Of a stretch of DNA of 64,000 bases, positions 1-10,600 are shown in pieces. The DNA comes from Alphaproteobacteria bacterium (lineage in GTDB: Bacteria; Pseudomonadota; Alphaproteobacteria; CASFRQ01; SAAU01). Location: contig SAAU01000001.1 in the NCBI GenBank assembly GCA_009929265.1, positions 58,245 through 122,244 of the forward strand, read 5' to 3'. The stretch's first letter is position 1. Each line of letters starts with the position of its first letter. A program made the translations under genes and the position numbers. Under the pieces are notes generated by a model. It did not search any database and was not told where the DNA came from. It saw nothing but the letters and a program-made list of their open reading frames with translations.

Positions 1-56
1 TGTATTCAAGTCTTTTAAAATTCTAAAATCAAATTTCATTTCTATTCTCCTTTATG

Positions 57-1529
57 TTATTTTTGACGTAATGTTGGAAAGGCAATCACATCGCGGATAG
101 ATAAATTTCCAGTTAAAATCATAACCAGTCTATCTATTCCGATTCCTAATCCCCCAGTTGGAGGAAGTCCATATTCCAAAGCGGTGACAAAATCTTCATC
201 TAAAATGCCATCTGCTTCTTCATTTCCTTCTTTTGCTTGACGAACTTGGTCTTCCAATCTTGCTCGTTGATCAATTGGATTTGTAAGTTCTGTATAAGCG
301 TTGCACATTTCCCACCCATTGATATAGGTTTCGAAACGTTCGACCAAACGATCATCTTCACGGTTGGTTTTTGTGAGAGGTGAATTGGAGATAGGATGAT
401 TCATAACGTGTGTTGGTTGAATCAAATATCCTTCACATTTTTCCTCAAAAACACTAACCAAAGCTTGACCCCAGTTTTGATCGCCTTCAACTTTGACGCC
501 CAAACGGTGAGCAGCTTCAACGGCGTCTTTATCCGTTTTAATGGCCAAGAAATCAACGCCTGTATGTTCTTTAACAAGAGAATCCATACTGCGTCTTTCA
601 AAAGGCTTTTCAAAGTCAATTTCATGCCCGTCAAATTCAATTTTTAAGGTTCCATGCGTGGCAAGACAAGCGTTTCTGACAACCTCTTCAAACAAGTCCA
701 TCATGTCGTAATAGTCTTTATATTTCCAGTAAACTTCCAAAATTGTAAATTCTGGATTATGACGAGTATCAATGCCTTCATTTCTGAACACACGGCCCAT
801 TTCAAAGACGCCTTCCATCCCGCCGACAATAAGGCGTTTTAGGTAAAGTTCTGGTGCAACACGCAAGAATAAATCTGCATCTAAGGCATTATGATGTGTG
901 ACGAAAGGCTTGGCTGTGGCGCCCCCTTTAATCGGGTGAAGGATAGGGGTTTCAACCTCTAAAAGACCTTTATCCAAAAACGTTTGGCGGACAGATGTCA
1001 TAATTTTGCTTCGATTGATAAGAGATTCAATCGTTTCTTTATTGACAATCATATCCACATAGCGTTGACGATATTTCATTTCAACGTCGGTCAAACCGTG
1101 ATACTTTTCAGGAAGGACTTGAAGAGATTTAGCCAAAACAGTAATTTTTTGACTGACAACACTTAATTCTCCCCGTTTAGTCCGTTTTATGGTGCCTTCA
1201 ATTCCGATAATATCCCCAATATCCAATAAAGACAGAACCTTAAGCTCTTCTTCTGGCAAATGTTGTAAAGAGGAAAAAATTTGGATTTTCCCGTCCTTAT
1301 CATAGATATCCATAAACATACCAGAGTTTCGAATAGCTCTGATTCGTCCAGCGACTTTAACCAATTCTTCCTTTTCTGTGTCGTTTGGAAGATCTTTGTT
1401 TTCTTCATTTAACAAAGAAGAAGTGTGTGTTGGACGATAAATATGAGGATAAGGATTTATCCCCATACGTTCTAATTCTTTTTCTTTTTCAATACGGATA
1501 TCCCGTTGTTCATTTGTAATTTCAACCAT
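57..1529 (-). CDS. lysS: lysyl-tRNA synthetase, class II
   Basis: 490-aa ORF. It has an N-terminal OB anticodon-binding region and class II aaRS core motifs, with a GLGIGIDRL-type C-terminus typical of LysS. The stop codon is TAA. Confidence 0.9.
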   Translation of the reverse strand: MVEITNEQRDIRIEKEKELERMGINPYPHIYRPTHTSSLLNEENKDLPNDTEKEELVKVAGRIRAIRNSGMFMDIYDKDGKIQIFSSLQHLPEEELKVLSLLDIGDIIGIEGTIKRTKRGELSVVSQKITVLAKSLQVLPEKYHGLTDVEMKYRQRYVDMIVNKETIESLINRSKIMTSVRQTFLDKGLLEVETPILHPIKGGATAKPFVTHHNALDADLFLRVAPELYLKRLIVGGMEGVFEMGRVFRNEGIDTRHNPEFTILEVYWKYKDYYDMMDLFEEVVRNACLATHGTLKIEFDGHEIDFEKPFERRSMDSLVKEHTGVDFLAIKTDKDAVEAAHRLGVKVEGDQNWGQALVSVFEEKCEGYLIQPTHVMNHPISNSPLTKTNREDDRLVERFETYINGWEMCNAYTELTNPIDQRARLEDQVRQAKEGNEEADGILDEDFVTALEYGLPPTGGLGIGIDRLVMILTGNLSIRDVIAFPTLRQK

Positions 1530-1675
1530 TTTGATAATTTAATATCCTTTCTTGTTTTTACTCCTTTACAGGATTATGGATTTTTCAAAAAAAATCAAGA
1601 CTTTTTGAACAAAAAAGCGTATTATTTCTTAAATGAATCAAAAATAGATGAAAACAAGCTGAAAAATATAGAAAA

Positions 1676-4417
1676 ATGGGCTTTTTAAATTTAGATACGC
1701 TTTATAAAGTAGGGGAAAAATATATTCTTTTATCAAAAGAAGGTGAAATTGGGGAAGCTTTAGAGATTCCTTTGACACCGGCTTTGTGTTTTTATAAAAA
1801 GAAAATGGGCTTTGACAGAGGGTTTGATATTTTAGAATTCTTTACCTTTTTATATCCGACAACGAAAATTATTCCCTCTTTAAACGAATTGGCTTGCTTT
1901 TTTCATCTAGAAAAGCCAGTTAATTCCTATGAAAAGACGGCGTTAATTTATACTTTGGCAGAAAAAATGTTTGAAACGCTCAAAACTTTTTCAAAAAATG
2001 AAAGAGATGAAATTGCGTTTTTAACCTCCAAAATGCGCGAATGGAATTGGGCCCCCTTAATCTTTGAATACTTAAAAGAATCAAGGGATATATCTACCCT
2101 TTCTAAATTTTCATTTTTAACCTTTTTATCGGAAAATGATGAGACTGCGCCAGAGGGGAAGGGGGACTTTCTGCCGCTTTCTCAAAAGGAAATCAAAAAA
2201 GGATTGAAAGAGGCGCTTTTAAGTCTTGGAAAAACAGAAGAACGCAAAGAGCAAGAACGTTATGCTTTGGAAGTGAGCTCTATTTTTAATTTTCCGTCGG
2301 TAGAAAAACCGATTTTAGCTGTTTTAGCACAAGCTGGAACAGGAATTGGGAAGACGTTAGGCTATGGCGTGCCGGCCTATCTTTGGACAAAGAAAAACAA
2401 GGCGCAACTTTATGTCAGCACGTATACAAAAGCCCTTCAGAATCAAATTTTTGAGGAGCTTTCCTGTCTTTTTGAAGAAAATGAATTGGCGATTGTAAAG
2501 GGGCGGGAAAATTACTTTTGCCTTTTAAATTACGAAGAGGAGCTGAAGAAAAGCCCAAATTTTTCAACCGTTTTAGGGTTTGTTTCAAGGTGGCTTTTAA
2601 AAACGAAAGATGGGGACATTAAAGGCGGTGACTTTCCAAGTTGGGCGATGGATATTTTGGGACGGAATGCCTTTTTAGCTTTGGCTGAAAAGCGGGGGGA
2701 ATGCCTCTATAAAGCCTGTCCGTTTTTCAAAAAATGCTTTATTGAAAAGCGATCATCAAGGGCCAAAAAAGCCCGTGTTATTATTTCAAATCATTCCCTT
2801 GTTATGGCGGAAATGAGCCATATTTTTGAGGAAGAAACTTTCCATATTTCCCACTTTATCTTTGATGAGGCACATCATTTATTTGAAGCGGCAGATAATG
2901 CTTTTGCCTCAGAGCTTTCGGGATGGGAAGGGGTGATGATGCATCGATTCCTTTTCGGCCATTCAAGAAGTGTAAAACGCTTAAAAGGGCTCTCAAGAAG
3001 GATTGATGAAATCTTAAAAGAAAAGAGCTTTGAGGTTCAAGAATCGGTGATTTCTTTAATAGAAAGTGCGCAATTCCTTCCCAAAGAAGGGTTTTTGAAA
3101 CGGATTTTTAATCATACCCCCTCTGGTGTGTATGAAGAATTTTTAGAGGCTCTTTTGGCGCAAGTTTTACTCCTAAACAAAGAATCTGAACACGAATATT
3201 CCTTAGAATGCGCGGTTTATCCTGCTTCGGATGAGTTAATGAGGCTTTCAAAAGAGCTTAAAAAAGCGCTGACTCTTTTCAAAGACAACATTAAAAAGTT
3301 AAGAGAGGCACTAAATAAAGTCAAAGAGGAGGAAGAAACCTCCTCAGAAGGGAAGGGAATTTCCTCTATTGAAGCTTTACAAAAATCGATTGTTTTTCGG
3401 CTAGAAGAGCCGGCTTTAACTTACATTGATATGCTTAATTCTTTAGGAAAAGAGCCGTCTTCAATTTATGCAGAATGGTTTTCTTTAGAACGTGTGGAGG
3501 GGCAAATCTTTGATGTGGCTTTTAATAGGCATTATGTGGATCCAATGAATCCGCTTTATGCGTTGATAAATCGAGAGGCCAAAGGGGTGTTATTGACCTC
3601 GGCAACCTTAAAAGAAAACGATACGATTAAAAATGCTTTCGTAAAAAAAGATAACGACAAGAAAAACAAGGATGAACAAGGCGTTCAAGGCGATATCTCT
3701 TTACAGGAGGAAAATCCGCTTTTAAAAACAAGTTGGCAAGTGGCGTTATCCGAAACTGGGGCTAGATACCTTCCAAGTCCGCCCAAGTGTGAGACATTTC
3801 TTTCCCCCTTTAACTATAGGGAAAAGGCAAAAGTTTTCCTTGTGACCGATGTGGATAAGAAAAGCCCTTCTGCCATGACAAATGCATTTTTAAGGCTGTT
3901 TAAGGCCTCAAACGGAGGAGCGTTAGGTCTTTTTACTGCAATCTCAAGGCTAAAGCATATTTATAAACGGATTATGCCTGAGCTTGAAAAAGAAGGAATT
4001 GAAACCTTTGCACAGCACTGTTCGGATTTATCTTCAAGATCTTTGGTGGAGCTTTTTCGAGCCGACGAAACGTCTTGCCTTTTAGGAACAGATACGATGA
4101 GAGACGGGATTGATGTGCCGGGAAATTCTTTGCGTTTGGTTGTTTTTGAACGTCTTCCCTGGCCGCGTCCTGATATTTTACACAAGAAAAGACGAGCGCT
4201 TTATCTTTCTGGATTTTATGATAAGATGAAGACAAGAGCCAAATTAACGCAAGGCTTTGGGCGCTTAATCAGAAGCAAAAAGGATAGGGGAATTTTTGTG
4301 ATTTTAGAATCAAGAATTCCATCCGAAATTTTAAAGGCATTTCCGCCAGAAGTTGAAATAGAAAAAATAACTTTAGATGAAACAATTGAAAGAATTAAAA
4401 ATGAATTTGAATCATAG
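1676..4417 (+). CDS. Rad3/XPD/DinG-family ATP-dependent DNA helicase, Fe-S type
   Basis: 913 aa. Walker A reads AGTGIGKTLGY and the DEAH box reads FDEAHHL. Four Cys between motifs I and II (YFC...ECLYKACPFFKKC) are typical of the DinG/XPD Fe-S domain. An N-terminal extension of about 220 aa has unknown function. Confidence 0.6.
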   Translation: MGFLNLDTLYKVGEKYILLSKEGEIGEALEIPLTPALCFYKKKMGFDRGFDILEFFTFLYPTTKIIPSLNELACFFHLEKPVNSYEKTALIYTLAEKMFETLKTFSKNERDEIAFLTSKMREWNWAPLIFEYLKESRDISTLSKFSFLTFLSENDETAPEGKGDFLPLSQKEIKKGLKEALLSLGKTEERKEQERYALEVSSIFNFPSVEKPILAVLAQAGTGIGKTLGYGVPAYLWTKKNKAQLYVSTYTKALQNQIFEELSCLFEENELAIVKGRENYFCLLNYEEELKKSPNFSTVLGFVSRWLLKTKDGDIKGGDFPSWAMDILGRNAFLALAEKRGECLYKACPFFKKCFIEKRSSRAKKARVIISNHSLVMAEMSHIFEEETFHISHFIFDEAHHLFEAADNAFASELSGWEGVMMHRFLFGHSRSVKRLKGLSRRIDEILKEKSFEVQESVISLIESAQFLPKEGFLKRIFNHTPSGVYEEFLEALLAQVLLLNKESEHEYSLECAVYPASDELMRLSKELKKALTLFKDNIKKLREALNKVKEEEETSSEGKGISSIEALQKSIVFRLEEPALTYIDMLNSLGKEPSSIYAEWFSLERVEGQIFDVAFNRHYVDPMNPLYALINREAKGVLLTSATLKENDTIKNAFVKKDNDKKNKDEQGVQGDISLQEENPLLKTSWQVALSETGARYLPSPPKCETFLSPFNYREKAKVFLVTDVDKKSPSAMTNAFLRLFKASNGGALGLFTAISRLKHIYKRIMPELEKEGIETFAQHCSDLSSRSLVELFRADETSCLLGTDTMRDGIDVPGNSLRLVVFERLPWPRPDILHKKRRALYLSGFYDKMKTRAKLTQGFGRLIRSKKDRGIFVILESRIPSEILKAFPPEVEIEKITLDETIERIKNEFES

Positions 4418-5417
4418 AATCTGCCCGTTTTTCAAAGAGTGTGGGGCTTGCTCTTTTCAAGATATCCCTTTTGAAGAATACCTTTCAAAGAAAAAGGAAA
4501 AGACGCTCTCCTTCTTAAAAGAGGCAGAAATCTGTCCTAAAGAGGTGGAGTTTATATCGATTCTACCAGAGACAAGACGGCGGGTTAATTTCGCTTTTTT
4601 TAAGTCTCATATGGGATACAATCAATTTCATTCGCATAAGATTGTGGATATAACGGAATGTCTTTTGCTTAAAAAAGAATTGCAAGAGCTGATTTGTCCG
4701 TTAAGAGAATTGTTATCTTTTTTTAATTCCAAAGGGGATGTGTATTTGCTTTTGTTAAAAGAGGGAATTGACATTCTTGTTAAGGAAAAAGGGAAAGAAA
4801 AGACAAAGCTTTTATTTGAACATTTGGAGAAAATAACGGCGTTTGCACAAAAATTTAAGCTTGCTCGTTTTCAATTTAATAATGATATTTTATATCAAAT
4901 AACGAACGAATCCTTAAGTTCTATCCAATTCTTGCAGCCTTCTAAAGAAGGGGAAGAGGCCCTTCAAAAAGCTGTTTTAGACGGGGTTTCCTCTCTTAAC
5001 AAAAAGGCAAAAGTTTTGGATTTGTTTTCAGGCTCTGGAACTTTTACAATTCCCTTGCAACAAGCGGGATTTAAGGTCAAAGGCGTTGATTCAAATGGGG
5101 AGGCCCTTAGACGATTAGAGGCCTTTCAAATTCCTTATGAAGAAAGAGATTTATTTAATTTTCCGTTAAATAGTGAGGAACTTTCCGCTTTTGATGCGCT
5201 TGTTTTGGATCCGCCAAGGGCCGGAGCCTTTAATCAGGTAAAAGAGATTTTGCAAAGCTCTGTTTCAAATGTGGTTATGGTTTCGTGTTCTCTAAAAACT
5301 TTTAAGAAAGACGCTAGAAAGTTTTTAGAAGAGTTTTCACTTGAAAGACTCGTGCTGGTGGATCAATTTGTTTACTCTTCTCATGTGGAGCTTGTTGCCT
5401 CTTTTAAGAGAAAATAG
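4401..5417 (+). CDS. SAM-dependent RNA (uracil-5)-methyltransferase, RumA/TrmA family, with N-terminal Fe-S Cys cluster
   Basis: A Cys cluster CPFFKECGACSF sits near the N-terminus. The SAM motif reads LDLFSGSGTF and the catalytic motif reads LDPPRAG. The true ATG is probably at 4401 (MNLNHRI), because the ORF-track start at 4377 overlaps the upstream gene. Confidence 0.6.
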   Translation: MNLNHRICPFFKECGACSFQDIPFEEYLSKKKEKTLSFLKEAEICPKEVEFISILPETRRRVNFAFFKSHMGYNQFHSHKIVDITECLLLKKELQELICPLRELLSFFNSKGDVYLLLLKEGIDILVKEKGKEKTKLLFEHLEKITAFAQKFKLARFQFNNDILYQITNESLSSIQFLQPSKEGEEALQKAVLDGVSSLNKKAKVLDLFSGSGTFTIPLQQAGFKVKGVDSNGEALRRLEAFQIPYEERDLFNFPLNSEELSAFDALVLDPPRAGAFNQVKEILQSSVSNVVMVSCSLKTFKKDARKFLEEFSLERLVLVDQFVYSSHVELVASFKRK

Positions 5418-5489
5418 ATTAAAAAATAATAGCTATAGTGAAAAAAGTGGAGAATTTTTTCTCTTTTTTATAAAAGTTGACAAAATTTG

Positions 5490-5520
5490 TTGACAAGTTG
5501 GCTTATATCCTTTTTACTAT
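5490..5520 (+). promoter_or_regulatory. putative sigma70-type promoter (TTGACA, 19 nt, TACTAT) upstream of 5547 CDS
   Basis: There are tandem TTGACA hexamers at 5477-5482 and 5490-5495. TACTAT lies at 5515-5520, then the RBS ACAGGAG, with ATG at 5547. The spacer is slightly long at 19 nt. Confidence 0.3.
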
Positions 5521-5546
5521 ATGAAAAAATAGCACAGGAGTTTGGG

Positions 5547-6674
5547 ATGAATGAAACTTTCTTAATTTCTTATTTAAAAAGAAGCCAAGAGCGGTATGAA
5601 AAAGGTGTTTATGGAAAACATAAAAAGACCCGAATTTTGGCCGAAAAACAACTGGATCACCTTTGCTCAAGGATTGAAAATTACTGGGCAAATCAGGCGA
5701 AATCTTCTGGCTCTTTAAATTATTTAATCAAAGAAATTAAAGAAATTAAAGAAAAAAGTCCCTTTCTTTTTGATAGAGTTTTTGAACGAGATATTAAGGA
5801 AAAAGGGCCCAAAAAATTTAATCTTTTAACCTTTGCTGTAGCCTGTGATATGCCTCAATATTTGATGGGACTTATTACACCTTCTTATGGAATGGAAGAC
5901 GTTTCAACAGCGCTCTTTTTAGGGGCTGCAGATAAGAAAACAATGACACAAATGTATTCCCTTTTTGTTCAAGGGGCCGATACCAACTTGATAAATCCTG
6001 AAACAGGCAATAATGCGGTTATGGAATTCTTTTCTAAGAAAGGAAAGTTTGTTTTTCCTAAAGAAGACGATATCTTAAATGATATAAAATTAAAGGAAGC
6101 CTTGAGGAATTTAATAAGTTCTGTTGATATTCAGAGGGTAAATAATGAAGGCAAAACCATTTTCAATATTTTAGCCGAAAATGGATATACAAAATCTTTT
6201 GATGTTTTGTGTCGCGTGTATACAAATGAGCTTTTAGACTTAAAGACCTCTAAAACAGGTTTTGCAAAAGAAAATGAAGAAGCCTTAAAAGAAGAGATTT
6301 TAAAGACGATTGAAAAATCCAATATTCAAGACTTTTTTGATAAAGAAAAATCTATTGAAGAACAAAGATCTCTGGCGTTAAGCTTATATACTTTGCAACA
6401 GGCAATGAGTGGCGTTTTTGAAAAGCTGTCTTTACGTAAAATGATAAAAGATCCCATAAAAAATTATCCAAATATGGAACAAGCCATCAATGGATCTTTG
6501 GAAGAATTGATAGAAAAACATCAAAAACCAATCTATCCAAAAGATTTATTGAAAACCGATGTGTTAATTAATTCTGTTTTAGATATGGAAAAATGGGGCG
6601 CGCGCTCTAAAACAGATAAATACGGCAATTTACTTCTAGATTTTGGAAGAGATTTTATTTCAAAAGCAAGATAA
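5547..6674 (+). CDS. hypothetical protein with ankyrin-repeat-like segments
   Basis: I recognised no catalytic motifs. Two stretches fit the ankyrin consensus, LFVQGADTNLINPETGNNAVMEF and DIQRVNNEGKTIFNILAENGYTKSFDVL. A good RBS (ACAGGAG) sits 6 nt before the ATG at 5547. Confidence 0.3.
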   Translation: MNETFLISYLKRSQERYEKGVYGKHKKTRILAEKQLDHLCSRIENYWANQAKSSGSLNYLIKEIKEIKEKSPFLFDRVFERDIKEKGPKKFNLLTFAVACDMPQYLMGLITPSYGMEDVSTALFLGAADKKTMTQMYSLFVQGADTNLINPETGNNAVMEFFSKKGKFVFPKEDDILNDIKLKEALRNLISSVDIQRVNNEGKTIFNILAENGYTKSFDVLCRVYTNELLDLKTSKTGFAKENEEALKEEILKTIEKSNIQDFFDKEKSIEEQRSLALSLYTLQQAMSGVFEKLSLRKMIKDPIKNYPNMEQAINGSLEELIEKHQKPIYPKDLLKTDVLINSVLDMEKWGARSKTDKYGNLLLDFGRDFISKAR

Positions 6675-6690
6675 GAAATGAGATAATCTA

Positions 6691-6728
6691 AAACTCTCTA
6701 TCTTTTTTTAAGGTAGAGAGTTTTTTTA
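6691..6728 (+). terminator. rho-independent terminator after 5547-6674 CDS
   Basis: The hairpin is ctctcta ... tagagag, followed by a T7 run. Confidence 0.5.
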
Positions 6729-6787
6729 TTCACAAAGGCCTTAACTAAAATTTCTTAACTTAAAAAAATCTTAGAAAATTTAAACAT

Positions 6788-6818
6788 AAAAAAACCCTTC
6801 CGAAAAGAAGGGCTTTTT
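6788..6818. terminator. bidirectional rho-independent terminator (serves rplU-rpmA on the minus strand)
   Basis: An A-run is followed by cccttc cgaaaa gaaggg and then a T-run. The sequence reads as a hairpin plus U-tract on both strands. It lies immediately 3' of rpmA. Confidence 0.55.
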
Positions 6819-6835
6819 AAATCTTAAACTAAAAC

Positions 6836-7105
6836 TTAGTTTTTGGCGTCTGATGCAATTTCAAGAACAGAAACAACGCGTCTATTATCTCTTGTTTTGA
6901 ATTCAACCATTCCGTCTTTTGTTGCAAAAAGAGTGTGATCTTTCCCCATACCGACATTGTCACCTGCATGGTATTGAGTTCCTCTTTGACGAATGATAAT
7001 GTTTCCAGAAATAACAGCTTGTCCACCTGATTTCTTTAGTCCTAAACGACGACCTTCAGAATCCCGTCCGTTTCTTGTGCTTCCGCCAGCTTTCTTATGT
7101 GCCAT
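6836..7105 (-). CDS. rpmA: 50S ribosomal protein L27
   Basis: The protein begins [22 protein letters not shown], the canonical L27 N-terminus. It is 89 aa. Confidence 0.92.
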   Translation of the reverse strand: MAHKKAGGSTRNGRDSEGRRLGLKKSGGQAVISGNIIIRQRGTQYHAGDNVGMGKDHTLFATKDGMVEFKTRDNRRVVSVLEIASDAKN

Positions 7106-7118
7106 GACTTAAATCTCC

Positions 7119-7421
7119 TTACCCTACAACAATGTCTTTAATCTTAACTAAGGTTAAATCTTGTTTATGACCTTTTTTACGACGATACCCTTGACGTCTT
7201 TTCTTTTTGAAGACGATAACTTTTTCGCCCCGTGTTTGACGAATGATTTCAGCTTCTACAGAAGCGCCTTCTACAACTGGAGTTCCGATTTTTCCATCGG
7301 CCATTAAAACTTCTTCAAATACAATTTTAGAAGAAGGTTCTCCTTCAAGTTTTTCAACTAAAATAACGTCGTCTTTTACAACTTTATATTGCTTTCCGCC
7401 TGTTTTGATGACTGCGAACAT
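7119..7421 (-). CDS. rplU: 50S ribosomal protein L21
   Basis: The protein begins [14 protein letters not shown], characteristic of L21. The conserved rplU-rpmA pair is intact. Confidence 0.92.
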   Translation of the reverse strand: MFAVIKTGGKQYKVVKDDVILVEKLEGEPSSKIVFEEVLMADGKIGTPVVEGASVEAEIIRQTRGEKVIVFKKKRRQGYRRKKGHKQDLTLVKIKDIVVG

Positions 7422-7619
7422 TTTACTTCCCTATCAAAAATTCATAAATATCTTTCTATTAAGATTTTTGCCTTAACGAATAGAGCAGATTTATAAAGTC
7501 TTTTTTGCTTCTTGTCAATAAGAAAAATGTTTTTTCTTGGATTTTACAAAATAAAGTTGTTTTTTTGATAAATTCTTTCTATTCTTCTTTTCAAGTTAAG
7601 AGAGGTTCGAAAAGTTAAG

Positions 7620-10600
7620 ATGTTAACAGAAAATTCAAAAAAATTAAAACTTCCCCTAATATCAGGCGCTGTTAAAGGGGGAATTGCTTTTTATTTATAT
7701 CGTCTTTTAAAAAAAGGGGAGGAAAGCCTTTTAATTTGCGAAAATGATAAGGAAATATTGTATTTTCAAAAGCTGTTTTCGTTTATAGATGAGGATGCTT
7801 CTGTTTTGTCCTTTCCCTCTTGGGATACGGTGCCTTATGATAGAAACTCTCCTAAAAAAGAAATTGTGGCAGAGCGGATTGAAACCCTTTTAAAAATTAA
7901 AGAACTTCAAAAAGAGGGCAAAGGCTTTATTCTTTTAACCAATGTTTCGGCCCTTATCCAAAAATGTGTGCCTATTTCGTTTTTTGAAAAGGCCTCTTTC
8001 ATACTTCAAAAAGGAAAAGAGGTTGATTTAAAAGGCTTAAAGCTTTTTTTAGCCTCTTTTGGGTATGAGGCGGTTGATAAGGTTTTTTCGGAAGGAGAAT
8101 TTTCTTTTCGCGGGAATATTATTGATATTTTTCCAACAGGATTTAAAAGCCCTATTCGGATGGATTTGTTTGGAGACGAAATTGAAAGCTTAAAGACTTT
8201 TGATGCGTTAACGCAACGTTCGTTAGAGGAAACTCCTGAGGTTATGCTTTTTCCGGTCAGTGAAATCTTAATGAATAAAGAAACCTTAAAACACTTTCGA
8301 ATGAAGTATCGGGAACTTTTTGGCGTTCCAAAAGAACAAGATGAATTTTATGGCGCTCTTTCGGAAGGGGTTTCTATTGCAGGAGGCGAGCATTTTCTTC
8401 CGTTGTTTTTCCCAAGGATGGTTTCTTTCTTAGATTATCTTGAAAAGGGAAGAATCAAAGCTTACACGTCAACTTCTTTAGATGAAACGGTTGATTTTCA
8501 TTGGGATGAGATTAACGAATATTATGAACAAAGAAAGATTGCAAGAGAACATCCCTCTAAAATGGAGGGGGTGTATAATCCAATTCCTCCTAATCTTTTT
8601 TTCTTTTCAAAAGAAGAAGTTATTTCTCAATTAGAAGAAAGAGAAACGAAGGAGTTTTCCTCCTTTGAAGTGGAGAAAACGAAAAGTCTTAAAAGTAAGA
8701 TAGCTTCTGTCTTTGCAACGGGTCGTGTGTCGCAAAAAGAGGGAAATGTTTTTAAAGAAGTGGCGGACTTTATCTCAAAGGCTTCTCAAAAAGTGATTGT
8801 TTGTGCGTATTCTAAAGAGTCTCAAGAGCGAATTATTGGCGGGCTTTTTCCTTTTTTACCAGAAATTAAAAAAGCATTTACTTTTCATCAAGCCTTTCAA
8901 AAAGCACCAAGTGTTGTTGTGTTTCCGCTGGAAAATGGCTTTATCGAAGAAAAAGTCATCTTTATTTCAGAAGGCGATATTTTTGGAGAGAAAATTCAAA
9001 ACGCCTCCTTTACAAAAAAGCGCGGGAAAAAAGAATTTATTGGCGATATTTCAACGTTATCTCAAGGGGATTTGATTGTTCATCAATCTCACGGAATTGG
9101 GCAATATATTGGCCTTAAAAACATCAATATTGCAGGGGAAAGCCATGACTGTATTGCTCTTCTTTATGCAAAAGGAGACAAGCTTTTCATTCCGATTGAA
9201 AATATGGATGTTTTAAATAAATATGGTCAAGAACGTCAAGAAATAGCTTTAGATACCCTAGGAACACAGGGCTGGGAAGCTAGAAAAGGAAAGCTTAAAA
9301 AATATATTTTAGAAATTGCCCAAAAATTGATAGACCTTGAGGCGAAAAGAAAACTTAAAACCGTGTCGAAGATTTATCCAGAAACAGGATTTTACGATGA
9401 TTTTTGTGCAAGATTCCCTTATGTTGAAACACATGATCAAAAAACGGCTATTTACGATGTTTTGGAGGATTTATCCAAAGGCGTCCCCATGGATAGACTG
9501 GTTTGCGGAGATGTTGGCTTTGGAAAGACAGAGGTCGCATTAAGAGCTTCTTTCGTTGCCGCTATGGAAGGAGGGCAGGTCGCTTTGATTGTGCCTACGA
9601 CTTTATTAGCGCGCCAACACTATTTAGAATTCAAAAGAAGGTTTGAAGGATTTCCGCTTCGTGTTGAAATGCTTTCTCGTCTTGTCACACCAACAAAGGC
9701 TCGGCAAGTGAAAAAAGAGATTACAGCAGGGGTGACCAATATCGTCATTGGAACGCATGCGCTTTTATCAAAAGATGTTTCCTTTAAGAATTTAAACCTT
9801 CTTATTGTAGATGAAGAGCATAACTTTGGAGTTATCCATAAGGAAAAGCTAAAAGAACTCAAAGAAGGGGTGCATATTTTAACTTTGACGGCCACGCCTA
9901 TCCCACGGACGCTTCAAATGGCTTTAACGGGGGTAAGAGAATTGAGCTTGATTGCGACCCCTCCTGTCGACAGATTGGCTGTAAAGACGTTTATTATGCC
10001 TTTTGATAAAGTGATTATTAAGGAGGCTATTTTAAGAGAGCTTTCAAGAGAAGGACAAGCTTTTTATGTTTGTCCTAGGATTTCCGATATTGCAGGAATT
10101 TATAAAGAGCTTGAAGAACTTTTGCCAGATTTAAGGATTGCCGTTGCCCATGGTCAAATGAAAACGACCGATTTGGAACGGGTAATGAGTGACTTTTTCG
10201 ACAGAAAATATGATTTGCTTCTTTCGACGACGATTATTGAATCAGGTATTGATATGCCAAACGTAAATACCTTAATTATTCATCGGGCAGATAAGTTTGG
10301 GTTAGCCCAGCTTTATCAATTAAAAGGGCGCGTTGGCAGGTCAAAGGCAAGAGGCTACTGCTATCTGACAATTCCGCCCTATCGAAAAGTAGGCGTGCTT
10401 GCTGAACGGCGTCTATCGGTTATGCAAAGTTTAGATTCTTTAGGCGCTGGCTTTTCCTTAGCTAGTCACGATTTGGATATTAGAGGCGCGGGGAATCTTT
10501 TAGGGGAAGAGCAATCTGGACACATTCAAGAAGTTGGGATTGAGCTTTATCAAAAGATGTTGCAAGAGGCGATTTTCTCCTTAAGAGAAGGGAAAAAGGA

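Noticed and set aside
396-1408. Multiple 60-83-aa ORFs on both strands inside lysS (396-647, 422-640, 654-842, 984-1166, 1187-1408), and similar short ORFs inside mfd, gyrA, hydA/hydB and oadA
   Set aside because: They are fully embedded in, or antisense to, long well-supported genes. They have biased, non-protein-like composition and lack RBSs. They are typical shadow ORFs of AT-rich DNA.
1676-6674. Helicase + methyltransferase + hypothetical ORF as a possible defence island (DinG-like helicases occur in some anti-phage systems)
   Set aside because: No nuclease, Cas or other defence-system partner genes are present. The helicase has the repair-type Fe-S DinG architecture. The methyltransferase has RNA m5U-methyltransferase motifs (DPPRAG), not DNA MTase motifs. 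The flanks are housekeeping genes (lysS, rplU-rpmA).
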